From Squalus acanthias (lineage: Eukaryota), in contig CM059433.1 of NCBI GenBank assembly GCA_030390025.1, positions 12,402,001 to 12,466,000 on the forward strand: a DNA stretch of 64,000 nucleotides, given 5' to 3'. The notes under the pieces were generated by a model. It did no database searches, was not told the DNA's origin, and saw nothing but the letters and a program-made list of their open reading frames with translations. Below are positions 23,141 to 36,340 of the stretch, one piece after another. The translations under genes were made by a program, and so were the position numbers. Numbering within the stretch: position 1 is the first letter of the stretch; each line of letters opens with the position of its first letter.

Positions 23141-24669
23141 CCCATGTCTGGAAGCAACTTGTTTCAGCACAAGCCTTTAAACTACCAAAAAGGTACTTCA
23201 GCACCAGCCAGACCACTCCCTGTCGACTATTGAAACTTCAGGCAAGTATAGGAAAGCTCCACTAACGTGTACAATTGCACCAGCAGCCAGAAGAAATAAT
23301 CCAGCAACTAACCTGTAAGTAGTTCATGATCCCGTTAAGTAGCGCTGGTGGGGGTCCTTCATGCCATTGAATGCGTGCTCAGCTGTGGAAGGTTAAGAGA
23401 GGGCGTTGGCTGGAACATGGCATTTGAAAATGGCAGCACTGGCGTCAAATCAGTGTTGCACACTGACCGCATAATCTACCTGCTCTGCATGCTGCTGGCG
23501 GTCGTTAGGGCCACGCGCGCAATCTACTGTACCAAGATGGCATCTGCCGCACTTCCCATCGGAAGTGTGCACACACATGTATTTTTGACCTTTAGGAAGC
23601 CAATTAGCCCCTAACGAACCGATGCTGCAGAACCCAATTTCTCCCCCATGTTGGTTGAGGGATAATTATTGACCAAGGCACCGGGGAGAACTTCCCTGCT
23701 CTTCTTTGAAATAGCGCCGCGGGATCTTTTATGTCCATCTCAGAGAGCAGACAGGGCCTCAGTGTAACACCCAATCCAAAAGACGGCACCTCCCTCAGTA
23801 CTGCACTGGGGGTTTCAGCCTAGATTATCTGCTCAGGTCTCTGGAGCTGGACTTGAACCCTACAACCTTCTGACTCAGAGGCGAGAGAGTGCTACCCATG
23901 GAGCCACTGGCTGAAACCTGCGTGCAAGATGTCTCCGCCCCCTTCATCAGGACTGCTCACTGAATTATACACCATTATACCCCGCCTGTGTCTGTTTTGG
24001 GGGGCATAACGGTGGCTAAAATTGGCCGCATATATCCTCACTTACCATCACTAACCTCATTACACATCCACTTCCTGTATCCTCCAACTTCCCTCAAACA
24101 ATGTCAGAGCCCATCAACTTACTACAACATTTCATTTAATACTTTTCTTCATGAGCAATGCCATGGTAAATCACCAGTTGAAAATAAATATCTGTACCTG
24201 TAACTTATTCAGCAGTTTTATCAAACAAGACTGATGACATTTTCTTTTGTGATGGGCATTAGAAATGTTCAAGAATTTTTTTCTGGAAATATTTTAATCA
24301 ATAATAAGCATGAGCTCTGACAGGAGCTATATCTCTGCTCTGTTAGGTTATATTTCTCTTACCACTAAGATAGCCGTGCAGAGGGGTTATTTTGCTTCAC
24401 CCTTGTACCAAATCGTGACACCTAAATTGGAAAAACTGTTCATTCATCTTCAGAAAGTCACAGTCATGTGTAAATGCGACATGGAAACCTTTTCAAATCT
24501 TCGGTCGTCTCATACTAGTATTAGATATTCCAGTCAGGGAAATCCTCTGTAATGCTCCAGCTTTCTTACTTTCAGTAGTGAGTAGTCAGAATCATTGTAT
24601 AGGGCATGGATTTCACTGTATGTTTAATGTATGCATTTATGATATAGAATAGATACCTCCATATACTAT

Positions 24670-25406
24670 GGGGGAGAAATTCAGTATCGCCCCGTTTAAG
24701 GGCGGTAACTTTTGAAAGCTGGGAGACTTAGCGCCAGGAGCTAATGATTCCCAGCTTTTTCAAAATTCGGTGTTTGCGCCACAGGAAGGAAGTGGAGCGC
24801 TAAATCAAGTGCTCCACTTCCTCCCTGGAGCGCTAAAGGACGCAGGCGGGGCGGTAGTGGTGCATCGCTGTACAATGTCCCGTGCAGCGCTGCCGCCATC
24901 CGAGGCTCCTTCCTTCCCTTAAAGGGAAGGGCCATCGCTGCAGGCTCTGCATTGGGACCAGTCAGCTGGTCCCCGACGGCAGCCGCAATCCAGCCCGATC
25001 AGCCCCATGCACTCCAGCTGATCGATCGCGGCCCAGGAGCAATCGAACAAAATCACTTGAAGCATTGTTAAAATTTTTCTCCGACCCGCGCCAACATCCC
25101 CTTTTATTTGCGCCTCCGAAGCTCCCGGCCTCCCGAACAACGCCTCCTGCAGCTGCCGGTGTCGTCGCCCGGTGATGCTGCAGGGGGTGGAACCAAAGTT
25201 CGGGACCGGGGCGCTACCGGGGCGATGCGCACGGCGATGACGTCACGCTCCCCGGGCGCAGGAGATCGTGGCGCAAAGTCTTACCGCCGCTGCAAACCTC
25301 TCGGCCAAGTTAGCAGGAGTCGTTCATCTCGCCGCGCCCAGGCGGTAAGTCGTTAGCGCCCCCGGAGGCGATAACGGGAGGCGCTAACCAACCGAATTTC
25401 TCCCCC
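24670..25406. mobile_element. 737-bp Harbinger-type MITE
   Basis: 16-bp TIR GGGGGAGAAATTC(A/G)GT with 1 mismatch and flanks TAT/TTT (imperfect 3-bp TSD). Subterminal GGCGCTAA motifs are shared with the autonomous copies. Confidence 0.88.
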
Positions 25407-26150
25407 TTTATATACTGCTATGTGTGATATGTACTTTTAATTTTACAGCATGGTTGAGGAAGTTCATCTGCAGCATATCAAATTCTTCCTCAGAGAATTT
25501 GAATTTATATTCAATGGAGAAAATTCCCAACACATTTTCCTAAAATTTTTGTCATCAACAGACTTAGCCAATATTTCTCAAAATTTTCAGTGCTTTCCTA
25601 ATTGATTAGCTCTTTCACTATCAATATCACAGTTTTGTCTTATATCCTTTTGTAAAAGGACAACTCTACATATGCAGGTTGGCAACATGGGTAATAACAA
25701 AACATAGCAGAGCATGGAATAAGAAAAGGCTTTCAGCCCATTAAGCCCAAACTTCCAGCAACAGTACAGGTGAGATGGAAGTGGACAGCGTTTTAGAGGT
25801 GGAAATAAACAATCTCGGTGAACCGGAAGTGGGTTTCAAGCTCACCTGAAGATGCTGAACATAAGAACACAACATAAGAAATAGGAGCAGGAGTAGGCCA
25901 TTTGGCCCCTCGAGCCTGCTCCGCACTGTCGGATTCTTCCTGGATGAGCAGCTGGGGAGGTGGATGGAATGAATATTTTGGTGAGACGCGCACAGGATGG
26001 CTTTGGAATTGCAGTGTTTAGCTGGGTGAAATTCTGCTTCATTTGTGATTTGATGTCAACCAGGCAGACCCAACGGCACAACTACAGTCATGGAGTTAAG
26101 GTAGCTGTTTACACTGTGAAGGAATTAACCCCAAGCCTGTTTAAACCCAT

Positions 26151-26613
26151 AAAGAAAGACTTCCATTTCTATAGCGCCTTTCACGACCACCGGACGTCCC
26201 AAAGTGCTTCACAATGAAGTACTTTTTTTTGAAGAGGAGTCACTGTTGTAATGTGGGAGCCAATTTGCACACAGCAAGCTCCCACAAACAGCAATGTGAT
26301 AATGACCAGATAATCTGTTTTTGTTATGTTGATTGAGGGATAAATATTGGCCAGGACGCCAGGGAGAACTCCCCTGCTCTTCTTCGAAATAGTGCCATGG
26401 AATCTTTTACATCCACTTGAGAGAGCAGACGGGGCCTCGGTTTAATGTCTCCATCTGAAAGACGGCACCTCTGACAGTGCTGCGCTCCCTCTGTGCTGCA
26501 CTGGGAGCGTCAAGACTAGATTTTTGTGCTGAAGTCCCTTGGAGTGGGTATTTGAACCCACAACCTTCTGACTCTAGAGGTGAGAGTGCTATTCACTGAG
26601 CCACAGCTGACAC
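26151..26613 (-). mobile_element. tRNA-headed SINE with L2-like tail (Deu/SacSINE1-like), full length
   Basis: Reverse complement of the family at 9430-9875, from the tail AAAGAAAGACTTCCATTTCTATAGCGCC to the head CTGAGCCACAGCTGACAC. Confidence 0.8.
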
Positions 26614-27380
26614 TCCATGAGGGAAGTAAGTAACCACAGGTATAACTTCAAAGAAACAAAACTCAGTGGAATTTCTCACTGACTACTGATGATAATAGAG
26701 TGAAATTCCAGAACATAAACCTAATATGACAATTAACATTGTGCAATTCTGGCCCACTCTATTTCTACAGATGACATTTATGTTGTAACAGTACAATGAC
26801 CATCATGATGCATCATCTATCGATATATTTATTTTTATAGTATTCAGTTGATTCTTAACAGATATCTATCCAGCTATATTTTTGAATTAATAGACAAAAT
26901 TAACTGCTTTTGCTGCAAGTTTATTTCAAATATCTACTACTCTATAGAGGAAACAAAACCCCTCTAAACTTTTATCTCACTTGCTGCTTGTTAGTTTTGT
27001 CCTCATGCCCACCAGTTTTGTAATCATCTTTTTGAGTTAAATATCTCTTTAACTATATACTGCTGCTTGTTGATATCATCATAAACATGGGGCTATCTTC
27101 CAGATATATGCAGACAATGCCCAGTTTTACATCTCCAACACCATCTTCCACTCCAGGGGGGTTAAATTGGTTAGCCCCTGAAATCGGGCGCAGGGATCAT
27201 GATACGCGATTAACCCGCGCCCGTTGTGTGGAATGCAGGCAGCATGGAAACTTCGTGCTGCCTCCTCATTATAATGATTTCTGCGTGAGGGCAGAGCTCC
27301 CTGCGCTGGCCATTGACTGCACGCATTAGTGGGGGCCCAATAATGTTACTAATTTGCACTACTTACAGCTAGCCTGCATC

Positions 27381-28862
27381 TAGAGTCATAGGGGGAGAAA
27401 TTCAGTATCGCCCCGTTTGGGGCGCAATTATCGGCCGGGCGCAAAGATTAGGGCCTGGCGCTAATTATCGCCTCCGAATGCAAACTTAACTTTTATCGCC
27501 CCTGGAGGTGATTGGAGCGCTAAATCAGGCGCTTCACACCTGTCTTAAGGCACAAAGGCCGAGGAGCGAGACGTTACCTCAGAGCACTGGCGAAGCTCAT
27601 GTGATGTCAGTCAGCAATGGAACACACACACAATGGCGCCGGCCAGTTCTTAAAGGGGAGAGTTGATCTTGCATTCCATCCACATCCTGCTCATTGCAGC
27701 CTTGAATCTCGGCCTGGAGAGACCTGTACATCAAATCTGCTGGAAAGAACAATGGAGAGGCCCAGGGAAAGAGCTCAGAGTGCAGCCCCCCACAGACTCT
27801 TGTAAATCGATACAAGGAAGGGCCAATCAAAATGAACCTGCAAAGTGCTGCTCAGTACCCAAAACTCCTTCACACAGCGTTGAATCTCTCTAGAAGTCTC
27901 TCTCTCAGAATGCGTGGTTCAAAAATATCACCAACAATAAAAGCAGGAAGCGGTCGCCTTTAAATAGCGCTCCCCCAGTCCCTTCCTGACTGCAAAACGC
28001 TCCCCTCAACCTGTCGTTGCTAGCGGCAGGCGGTAAGGCAGGGGGCGCCACTCAATATCCACTCCGGGGCGCTACCGGGGCGTTGTGCACTCGACTGAGG
28101 TCACGACCTGCCGGCACAGGAGATCGTGGCGGTAGTGTTTAGCACCGCCGCAAAATGTCTAGTTAATTTTGCGAGCGGCGCAAACATCGCCGCGCCCGGG
28201 CGCTAGTTGCTTTGCGCCCCATTAGCGCCCTCTTAAGGCGCTAACGGGAGGCGCAACCAACTGAATTTTTCCCCCATAGAGTTATACAGCACAGAAAGAG
28301 GCCCTTTGGCCCATCGTGTCCGCGCCGGCCATCAAGCCCTATCTATTCTAATCCCATTTTCCAGCACTTGGTCCGTAGCCTTGTATGCTATGGCATTTCA
28401 AGTGCTCATCTAAATGCTTCCTGAATGTTGTGAGGGTTCCTGCCTCTACCACCCTTTCAGGCAGTGAGTTCCAGATTCCAACCACCCTCTGGGTGAAAAA
28501 GTTTTTCTCAAATCCCCTCTAAACCTCCTGCCCCTTACCTTGAAACTATGCCCCCTGGTTATTGACCCCTCTACTAAGGGGAAAAGTTCCTTTTTATCTA
28601 CCCTATCTATGCCCCTCATAATTTTGTACACCTCAATCAGGTCCCCCCTCAGCCTTCTCTGCTTGAAGGAAAACAACCTCAGCCTGTCCAGTCTCTCTTC
28701 ATAGCTGAAGCGCTCCAGCCCAGGTAACATCCTGGTGAATCTCCTCTGCACCCTCTCCAATGCAATCACATCCTTCCTATAGTGTGGCGACCAGAACTGC
28801 ACACAGTATTCCAGCTGTGGCCTAACTAGCGTTTGTACAGCTCCATCATAACCTCCCTGCTC
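27381..28862 (-). mobile_element. CR1 3' fragment whose tail is split by a MITE
   Basis: ORF 28446-28802 QFWSPHYRKDVIALERVQRRFTRMLPG. The tail TAGAGTC-ATA-GAGTTATACAGC is interrupted at 27391-28275. Confidence 0.85.
27391..28275 (+). mobile_element. 885-bp non-autonomous relative (MITE) of the intact Harbinger
   Basis: 15-bp TIR GGGGGA(G/A)AAATTCAG and perfect TSD ATA (27388-27390, 28276-28278). The left arm is colinear with 42356-42730 up to the Myb ATGGAGAGG (27752); the right arm is colinear with 46140-46560. Confidence 0.93.
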
Positions 28863-29159
28863 AGAAGTAATCTCCTAAAGGAGAGGTGCATTGTGGCTGG
28901 AGCAGGTGCTGGGAGTCATTCTACAAGTGAATCTGACCTGGGAAAGAATGAAGAATGGCTGATCGTGGGAGAGAACGGGCATCCAGGTTTTCAGACGCTG
29001 CACTGGAGGTCTTGGTGGAAGAGATGGAAAGGAGGAGCGATGTACTGTATCCTCAGGGCAGCACGAGGCCCTCCAGACACATGATGAGATGGCAGTGGAA
29101 AAGATAGCCACAAATGTCAATACCATAAGTATAGCCGCAAGGACTTGGATGCAGTGCCG

Positions 29160-29432
29160 GTGGGTTAGGTTGATTTGGCTATGATAAATTGACCCTTAGT
29201 GTTAGGGGCGGATTAAATATGTGGGGTTATGGGGATAGGATGGGATATGTTAGGGGGAATTAAATACGTGGGGTTACGGGGGTAGGGTGGGATATGTGTA
29301 CTGTGGGGATTAAAGCAGGGACAGGGTACTGGATTTGGATGATCAGCCATGATCGTATTGAATGGCGGAGCAGGCTCGACGGGCCGAATGGCCTACTCCT
29401 GCTCCTAGATTCTATGTTTCTATGTTTCTATG
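29160..29432 (+). mobile_element. 5'-truncated V-SINE variant with replaced CR1 tail
   Basis: V-SINE body with the 47-bp duplication is joined at GGGGATT|AAAGCAGGGACAGGGTACT to the 3' end of the CR1 family at 8612-8730, with a (TTTCTATG)n tail. Confidence 0.88.
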
Positions 29433-30744
29433 TAAGCTTAATGATCCCACATGAGTGGTCAAGGTCAGTGAATGCATCTCAAAATTCCATATCCTACCAA
29501 CTGGACCACTAGCCTCAGCCACTGCTCAATTCACCACACCCCTATCACTCACCTACCAATAATCTCTATCAATCAGGACTCATACCTAACATTCATGTGC
29601 TTCACCTCACCATCACACGTTTAGCACTGTTGCAAGCCTCGCACTCACAGCTTGCACACACTGCAAACTATTCAACCATGACAGCCACATCTGCCAAACA
29701 GATTGCACGGCACTCACTGACACACTTCCCTCTCTCCTGCAGGAGAAGGTGGCGCACAACCGGAGGCACCAGGAACTAACCGGAGGGAGAGGGGGAGGGG
29801 CTCGTCTGCATTTTCTAACTCCCATGGAGGTGACGGTGCTGGCCATTATGGGAAGGGCCATTGCTGAGGCCGTGGCCACCGGCAGAGCTGAAGCCATTGA
29901 AGATGAGAATATCCTCATACCTAATCCTCCTTCTCTCATCTCACTTCTCCCTCATCCCACAATCTCCTCTGACTGAGAAGCTGCTGATGATGTAAACATG
30001 CAGTTCTTACTTTCTCCAACCCTTGTCCCTTTTTCCTTTCAGATAACCAAGAACTGCAACCTGCCCAGGCAGTGGAGGAAGAGCAAGAAGACAGTGAAGA
30101 TGAAGACACACCATCACTCGATTTCACAGTCGCAGCCACCAGCTCAGATACTGACACTGCGTGTAATTTAGAGGATAGTATAGAAGTGGGATCTGCACGT
30201 GGTGAGACACCGGGCACAAGTGCGCTGGAGCCAGGGCTGGGGGAAAGGATAGCGCAGGTGCCAGCTCGCCGGAGGGCGAGGTCGCACACTAGTTCTGCTG
30301 CAGAGGTCTCAGATGAGGACTTCAGTGGGCCAGGCTACAGAAGAAGGCTGATGGGTGTACACATCCAAATGCTTGGTGCACTGGGAAGCCTGCCGGAAAG
30401 CCTGCGTTCAATGTCAAGGAGCATCGAGGAGCTGGGAACCAACTTGGGACAGGGCTTTGCGCAGAGCTTGGAGCCCATCCTTTCCAACATGGAACGTGTG
30501 GTCACCTCCATCAGCACACCTGTGGAGCCAACCATGATGCAGCGTCTGATGACTGTTGTCTCAGCTTCCATTGCAGCACAAGCAGCTTCCACCCAACGTC
30601 TGAGTGCTGCAGTGGAAGCTCAGACTGCTGTCATTCAATCTCCGCTTCCTGCCATTGCAAAACGGGCGCTAACAGGCCCAATTTCGCAACCCCCCCCCAT
30701 GGCTGTAGATATACTGTCAGACTATGTGGCTGACATCAAGTCGT

Positions 30745-31330
30745 AGATAAGATGAACTTTCCTCCAGCAAAACATTGGCAAGTCCAGAACCATCCTTTTT
30801 TCTTGTCATCAGAAACTCCACACCCATCCTTGATTTCAATCCACCTCCAGGCTGAATCTGACAATGTGCAACATTGGTGTCTCCAGGTGAGCTGGAAACC
30901 CCGCTTCCAGTTCATCATTAAGGCTGTCTATTTCTACCTCTGAAACATCTCTCACCTCCATCCCTACCTCACCCCTACTACTGCTGAAACCCTTATCTCT
31001 GCCTTGGTGACCTCCGGGCTCGGCTTTTCCTGTGCCCTTTTTAGTAACTTCCTGGGCTTCTCCCTATGTAAACTCCAACTTATCCAGAACTCTGCTGCCC
31101 ATGCTGTAGAAAGCCCAAGGTACCCATCACCCCAGTCTTCGCTGGCATGCAGTGCTCACCATCCCCCAGTGCAGTGATTTCACATGCATGTCCTCATCTA
31201 CAAATTCCTTCATGGTGTCAAGCCATGCCACTTCTGCAACCACTTCTAGCCCTACGATCTTGCTTTTACTCTGTGCTCTTTTGAGTCTGAACTGCTCCCT
31301 GCTCCATCAGCAGTGGTGGAGCCTTCAATT
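30745..31330 (+). mobile_element. Highly decayed L2 3' region
   Basis: Diverged similarity to 35600-36110 (CTGCTGAAACCCTT..., CCAGAACTCTGCTGCCC). Confidence 0.55.
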
Positions 31331-31464
31331 ATTATAGAAGAAATTATCAAAGAAACTATTATAGCACTGGTGGGATGATGTAGTTGAGGGGGTCAAAGAC
31401 AGAGTCCATTTGATTAGAATTCAGGAACAATAGAAGACTTGTTACGCTACTGGGTATACATGAT

Positions 31465-34285
31465 AGGCTACCAAATAGTGGGAAGGAGATAGAGGAGCAA
31501 ATTGGCAGGCAAATTACGGAACGGTGGAAGAACTATAGAGTCGTGATAATGGGAGACTTCAATTACCCTAATGTAGACTGGGATAGTAACAGTGTAAAGG
31601 GAAAAGAGGGGGAGGAATTCCTGAAATGTGTTCAAGAGAGCTTTCTTGATCATAGAATCATAGAATCATAGAAGATAGGAGCAGGAGTAGGCCATTCGGC
31701 CTCTCTAGCCTGCTCCGCCATTCAATGCGATCATGGCTGATCATCCAAATTCAGTACCCTGTCCCCGCTTTCTCCCCATATCCCTTGATCCCTTTAGCCT
31801 TAAGAAATATATCCAACTCCTTCTTGAATCTATTTAATGAATTGGCCTCTACTGCCTTCTGTGGCAGAGAATTCCACAGGTTCACCACTCTCTGGGTGAA
31901 GAAATTCCTCCTCATTTCTGTCCTAAATGGCTTACCCCTTATCCTTAAACTGTGACCCCTGGTAATCAGTGAGTTTCTAGCCCAACAAGAAAGGAAGCAG
32001 TGCCGGATCTAGTTCTGGGGAATGAAGCGGCGCATGTTTCAGTGGGAGAACATTTGGGGAACAGTGATCATAACATCATCAGGTTTAGAATAGTTATGGA
32101 AAAGGACAAGGTACAATCAAGCATAAAAATACTTGACTGGAGGAGGAATAACTTAAGTGAGTTGAAAAGGGATCTGCCCAGGTGGATTGGAATCAAAAAG
32201 TGTTCGGCAAAACAGTAATTGAACAATGGGAGACCTTCAAAGAGGAGATAGTTCAGGTACAGCATAGACACATTCCTATGAAGGGGAAAGCTAAAGCTCC
32301 CTGGATGACTAAAGATATAAAGGTTCAAGTGAGACAGAAAAAGGAGGCTTATGACAATTGTAAGGTTCATAATAGAGTAGAGCACCAAGCTGAATATAGA
32401 AAGTACAGAGGAGATCTAAAAAAGAGTGAGTATAAGAATAGATTAACGGCTAACATAAAAGGGAACCCAAAAGTCTTTTATAAACACATAAATAGTAAAA
32501 GGGTAGTCAAAGGAAGGGTGGGGCTGATTAGGGACCAAAAAGGAAATCTTCTTATGGAGGCAGAGGGCATGGCTGAGGTACTAAATGAATACTTTGCATC
32601 TGCCTTCACAAGAGAAGAGCATGCTGCCAATGTAGCAGTGAAGGAGAAAGCAGTAGCGAGAGTGGATAGAATAAAAATAGATGAAGAGGAGGTACTTAAA
32701 AGGTTGGCAGTCCTCAAAGTAGAAAAATCACCCTGCCCAGATGGGAATGCATCCTAGATTACTGAGGAAAGCAAGGGTGGAAATTGCAGAGGCTCTGGGC
32801 ACAATCTTCCAATCCTCCTTGGATATGGGGGTGGTTCCAGAAGACTGGAGGATTGAATATGTTGCACCCTGTTTAAAAAGGGAGAGAGGGATAAACCTGG
32901 CAACCTGGACAGTCAGCCTAATGTCAATGGCGGGGAAACTTTTAGAAACACTAATCCAGGACAAATTAATTGGCATTTAGAAAAGTATGGGCTAATAAAT
33001 GAAAGTCAGCATGGATTTGTTAAAGGCAAATCATGTTTGACTAACTTAATCGAGCACTTTGATGAAGTAACGGAGAGGGTTGATGAGGGTAGTGCGGTTG
33101 ATGTTTTGTATATGGACTTTCAAAAGGCATTTGACAAACTACCACATAATAGACTTGTTGGCAAAATTAAAGCCCATGGGATTAAAGGGACAGTGGCATC
33201 ATGGATATGAAATTGGCTAAGGGACAGAAAGCAGAGAGTAGTGGTGAATGGTTGTTTTTCAGACTGGAGGGGAGTATACAGTGGAGTCCCCCAGGGGTCA
33301 GTATTAAGACCACTGCTCTTTTTGATATATATTAATGACCTGGACTTGGGTAGACAGGGCATAGTTTCAAAGTTTTCAGATGCTATGAAACTCGGAAAAG
33401 CATTAGACAATGTGGAGGATAGTAAGAGACTTCAGAAGGATATGGACAGGCTGGTGAAATGGGCAGACACGTGGCAGATGAAATTTAATGCAGAGAAGTG
33501 TGAATTGCTTGGAAGAATGAGGAGAGGCAATATGAACTAAATGGTACAATTTTAAAGGGGGTGCAGGAACAGAGAAACCTGGGGGTGTATGTACACAAAT
33601 CTTTGAAGGTGGCAGGATAAATTGAGAAGACTGTTAAAAAAGCATATAGGATTCTTGGCTTTATTAATAGAGGGATACAGTACAAAAGCAAGGACATTGT
33701 GCTAAACCTTTATAAAACACTGGTTAGGGCTCAGCTGGAGTATTGTGTTCGATTCTGGGCACCACACTATAGGAAGGATGTCAAAGCCTAGGACAGGGTG
33801 CAGAGTGATTTACTGGAATGGTACCAGGGATGAGGAACTTCAGTTATGTGGAGAGACTGGAGAAGCTGGTGCTGTTCTCCTTGGAGCAGAGAAGGATAAG
33901 AGGAGATTTGATAGATGTGTTCAAAAGCATGAATGGTTTTGATAGAGTAAATAAGGAGAAACTGTTCCCATGACAGAAGGGTCGGTAACGAGAGGCTACA
34001 GATTGAAGGCGATTGCCAAAAGAACCAGAACTGACATGAGGAAACATTTTTTGACACAGTGAGTTGCTGTGATCTGGAATGCGCAGCCTGAAAGGGTGGT
34101 GGAAGCAGATTCAAGAGTAACATTCAAAGGAGAATTGGATAAATACATGAAGGGAAAAAATTTACAGGCTTATGGGGAAAGAGCAGGGGCGTGGGATTAA
34201 TTAGATAGCTCTACTAAAGAGCCGGCACAGGCACGATGGGTCGAATGGCCTCCTTCTGTGCTGTATCATTCTATGATTCTATGAA
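31465..34285 (+). mobile_element. Decayed CR1 LINE ORF2 (endonuclease end to 3' tail)
   Basis: MGDFNYPNVDW, LGNSDHNII, YMDFQKAFD and SGVPQGSVL..YINDL motifs with frameshifts and stops; ends in a CTATGATT tail. Confidence 0.92.
31651..31963 (-). mobile_element. Young CR1 3' fragment nested in older CR1
   Basis: (CATAGAAT)n tail; near-identical to 8620-8915. Confidence 0.88.
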
Positions 34286-34439
34286 TTATCATGCCTCTGC
34301 ACTCTGAAACCCTCTTCCTAAATATTCTGCCATGCCACTTCTTTCCCCAGAAGCCTCCTCAAAACTTAACTTTTCAACCATACCTTTGATTATTTCCTCA
34401 AATATTTTCCTTATTCATGCTCAATGTGTGATCTGCCCC

Positions 34440-36340
34440 TTTGTGATCCCCCTACTCCTCCAGCAACTTCTCCTCTTTGAACATCTCGCCTCGTTCCACC
34501 CCTCACATCTCTCTTTTAAAATCTTTATTCGGTACCACATAAATACCACACCAATTTTCTCAATGAGCTATCTTCTCTGCTTTCCTCCCTCTGCCTCTGC
34601 ACCGAGCGACTTCTCATCCTCGGTGATTTCAACCTCCATCTCAACTCATCTTGCTCCCTCTCCTCTGAGTTCACTGCCCTCCTTTCCTCCCTTAATCTCT
34701 CCCTTCATGTCAACTCCCCCACCCATATACACGGTCAGCCCCTTGATCGTATCGTGTCACGTGGCCTCGCTATCCCCTTCGTAACCACCTCCGACCATTT
34801 CCTGATATCACTCTCTACCCATATTCCCCTTCCCCCTCTTAAACTTCACTTCTTTTCGTAACCTGGAAAAAACTCTCCCTCAAGTCCCTTACCACTGCAC
34901 TTTCTAATTCCCAACTACCTCTCCTTTGGCCTACTGTTCTCCATGACATCTCTGCAGCTACTGACTGACTAAATCACACCCTCTCCACCACCTTTGATGC
35001 CCTTGTCCCCACTAAAATAATTACACTCTCTCACCCTAGTCTTTCCCTCCGGTGTACCCCACATCTTGAACAAAGACTTGAACGTCTTTGGCGGACGACT
35101 GGTCTAATCATCCATCACCAGATTTGGCTAGATCATATAAGGCACTACCGAGTCCTGCTCTCCATCACTGAAACCGCCCACTATTCTAAGATCATCCAGA
35201 GCGGCAAAAGGAGTACCAGACTAACTGTCTTCTCAAACCACCCTCCCCTGCTTCCTCCTCCCTCACCTCCAACAATAAATGTGAGGAGCTCATGGACTTC
35301 TTTGTTAAAAAGATTGACAACATCCGTCCAACTGCTTCTGCTTTCAATTCCCTCCCTTCCCCTAGCCCACCGGACCTTACTTCCTCTCCGTTTTTCCCCT
35401 GCCCGAACCCTAAATTTGCATATTTCTCTCATTTCTCTCCTATCTCCCCTCTTGCCCTTTCAAAGGTCATCTTGTCAATGAGAACGACCTCCAATTAAAT
35501 ATCGGGAAGACTGAAGCTATTGTCTTCGGTTAAAACAACAAACTCCGTTCCCTTTCCACTGATTCGATCTCTCTCCCCGGCAACTGCCTAAGGCTGACCA
35601 AGTCTGTTCGCAACCTTGGTGTCATATTTGATCACGAATTGAGCTTCCTACCTCATATCCGTTCTCGCACTAAGACCTGCCCATTTCCACCTTTGTAATA
35701 TCGCTCTTCTCCGCCCTAACCTCAACTTATCTGCTGCTGAAACCCTCATCCACGTCTTTATCACCTCTAGACTTGACTATTCCAACGCACTCCTGGCCGG
35801 CCTCCCTAGTTCTACCCTCCATAAACTTGAGGTCATCCAAAACTCTGCCGCTCGTGTGCTAACTCGCACCAAGTCCCGCTCACCCGTCTCCCCTGTGCTC
35901 GCTGACCTACATTGGCTCCCAGTTAAGCAATGTCTCGATTTTAAAATTCTCATCCCTGTTTTCAAATCCCTCCATGGCCTCGCCCCTCCTTATCTCTGTA
36001 ATCTCCTCCAGCCCTATAATCCCCCTAGACCTCTGCACTCCACCTATTCTGGCCTTTTGAACATCCACGATTTTAAATGCTCCACCATTGGTGGTCATGC
36101 CTTCAGCTGCCTAGGTCCTAAGCTCTGGAATTCCCTCCCTAAATCTCTCCGCCTCTCCACTTCTCTTTCCTCCTTTAAGACGCTCCTTAAAACTGACCTC
36201 TTCGACCAAGCTTTTGGTCACCTGCCCTAACATCTCCTTATATGGGTCGGTGTCAATTTTTTTTTGATAACACTCCTGTGAAGCGCCTTGGGACGTTTTA
36301 TTACATTAAAGCTGCTATATAAATATACGTTGTTGTTGTG
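34440..36340 (+). mobile_element. Decayed, internally deleted L2 LINE
   Basis: LGDFNLH and SDH endonuclease motifs; the RT core is deleted near 35490. C-terminus ..LADLHWLPVKQCLDFKIL..FKTLLKTDLFDQAF, then a (GTT) tail. Confidence 0.88.

Larger units (their letters stand above)
18410..23647 (+). mobile_element. Old full-architecture Harbinger transposon (decayed), with duplicated left arm and nested L2/CR1
   Basis: Degenerate left TIR GTGGAGAACTTGG and right TIR CCCAATTTCTCCCCC. Myb exon 1/2 relics occur twice (18720-19395, 19620-20265), followed by an exon 3 relic (20417-22135) and a convergent transposase relic (22345-23140). Confidence 0.85.
18233..23920 (-). mobile_element. tRNA/L2-tail SINE split in two (18233-18409 and 23648-23920) by an old Harbinger
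   Basis: Joining ...CCAGATAATC (18409) to ATGTTGGTTGAGGGATAA (23648) reconstitutes the uninterrupted SINE at 26151-26613, apart from about 10 missing bases. Confidence 0.8.
27156..30698 (+). mobile_element. Old Harbinger deletion derivative retaining Myb gene relic but no transposase
   Basis: Left end GGGGGGTTAAATTGG and right end CCCAATTTCGCAACCCCCCCCC. Myb exon relics at about 28965-29463, 29743-29906 and 30043-30655 (ORF 30072-30746). Interrupted by CR1, MITE and SINE insertions. Confidence 0.75.

Noticed and set aside
30072..30746. 224-aa ORF as a domesticated Myb gene
   Set aside because: It is an exon 3 relic. Upstream exon 1 is frameshifted and interrupted by a SINE, and the ORF runs out through the element end.
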